A stretch of DNA of 64,000 nucleotides from IMG/VR virus record IMGVR_UViG_2974499353_000001, positions 40,721-104,720 of that record, one strand, 5' to 3'. Positions 63,695 through 64,000 of this stretch are shown here, piece after piece (within the stretch, counting starts at the first letter, position 1; each line of letters begins with the position of its first letter). Under the pieces are notes generated by a model, which was not told where the DNA came from, searched no databases, and worked only from the letters and a program-made list of their open reading frames with translations. A program made the translations under genes and the position numbers. Source of the stretch: a virus (Duplodnaviria; Heunggongvirae; Uroviricota; Caudoviricetes; Ackermannviridae).

Positions 63695-64000
63695 TTATAA
63701 AGATTTGTCTGACACGGCTTGGAAATAACGCAGATCGACGGTGAACTGTGTGTAAGAGTCCATTGCCGACATATCGAGTTCCAGTTGGCCGAGGTTTTGA
63801 GGCCAGCCGCCCTGTAAAGTCCATGTCTTAGTCACGTTGTCATTCGCGTCCAGAAGTTCCATGATGATATCACGGAAATAATCATCTGGATTCGCGCTGG
63901 CGCGGTTGTTTTCACTACCGTTGATGAATTGCTGCCACACTTCAAAAGCATTGTATGGAGCGTTGTTCACCACGTTAATGAACGTCACAGGAAGCGCTTC
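63695..64000 (-). CDS. 19: Tail tube protein gp19, C-terminal part. The 5' end runs off the window.
   Basis: TWTLQGGWPQNLGQLELDMSAMDSYTQFTVDLRY versus T4 gp19 C-terminus LWPTNVGELQLDWDSNNEIQTFEVTLALDY. Position upstream of gene 20. Confidence 0.65.
   Translation of the reverse strand, partial: EALPVTFINVVNNAPYNAFEVWQQFINGSENNRASANPDDYFRDIIMELLDANDNVTKTWTLQGGWPQNLGQLELDMSAMDSYTQFTVDLRYFQAVSDKSL

Noticed and set aside
1-64000. CRISPR array or other long tandem repeats
   Set aside because: No regularly spaced direct repeats were seen. The only recurring elements are the promoter cassettes and terminator hairpins.

Overview
This window reads as a T4-like (Straboviridae) myovirus genome segment, about 43% GC, with nearly all genes on the minus strand. 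T4 core genes recognised from their protein motifs are:
- gp32 (single-stranded DNA-binding protein)
- nrdA, nrdB and an NrdH-like glutaredoxin
- primase gp61
- gp46, gp47 and the late sigma factor gp55
- regA, gp62, gp44 and gp45
- uvsW and uvsY
- denV
- the baseplate proteins gp5 and gp25
- the head and tail module gp19 (partial), gp20, a gp67-like and a gp68-like protein, gp21, gp22 and gp23

Host-like auxiliary genes are a PhoH-like ATPase, an HU-like DNA-binding protein, an RNase HI, a MazG-like domain and an endolysin. The lineage is probably a marine or Vibrio-type schizo-T4 phage, but that is an inference from gene content, not something I can confirm.

Two free-standing homing endonucleases are present: an HNH enzyme between nrdA and phoH, and a GIY-YIG enzyme at the segD-like position after gp23. 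They share a C-terminal module.

Between denV and regA, where T4 synteny would place DNA polymerase gene 43, sits a block of orphan genes (about 37.6 to 47.3 kb). Genes in this block are:
- an ACP-like protein with the active serine replaced by aspartate
- a 738-aa vWA protein
- a protein with a C-terminal RyR domain
- two zinc-ribbon proteins
- unknown proteins of 672 and 408 aa
- a MazG-fusion protein

A second envelope-directed block contains an overlapping LysM / two-helix membrane protein / SPFH-lipoprotein operon, two secreted proteins, a ParB-like nuclease and a signal-peptide lytic transglycosylase.

A conserved early expression cassette of about 100 bp recurs upstream of at least five small orphan genes. 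It consists of a terminator hairpin fused to a CTTTAC -35 box, a TTCAATAA spacer, a TATAAT-like -10 box and a conserved leader ending AGGAACTATATC-ATG.

Some lengths and percentages in the evidence fields are approximate, as marked there. Motif and hairpin coordinates were read by hand and can be off by a few bases; CDS coordinates follow the ORF track. No tRNA or CRISPR array was recognised.
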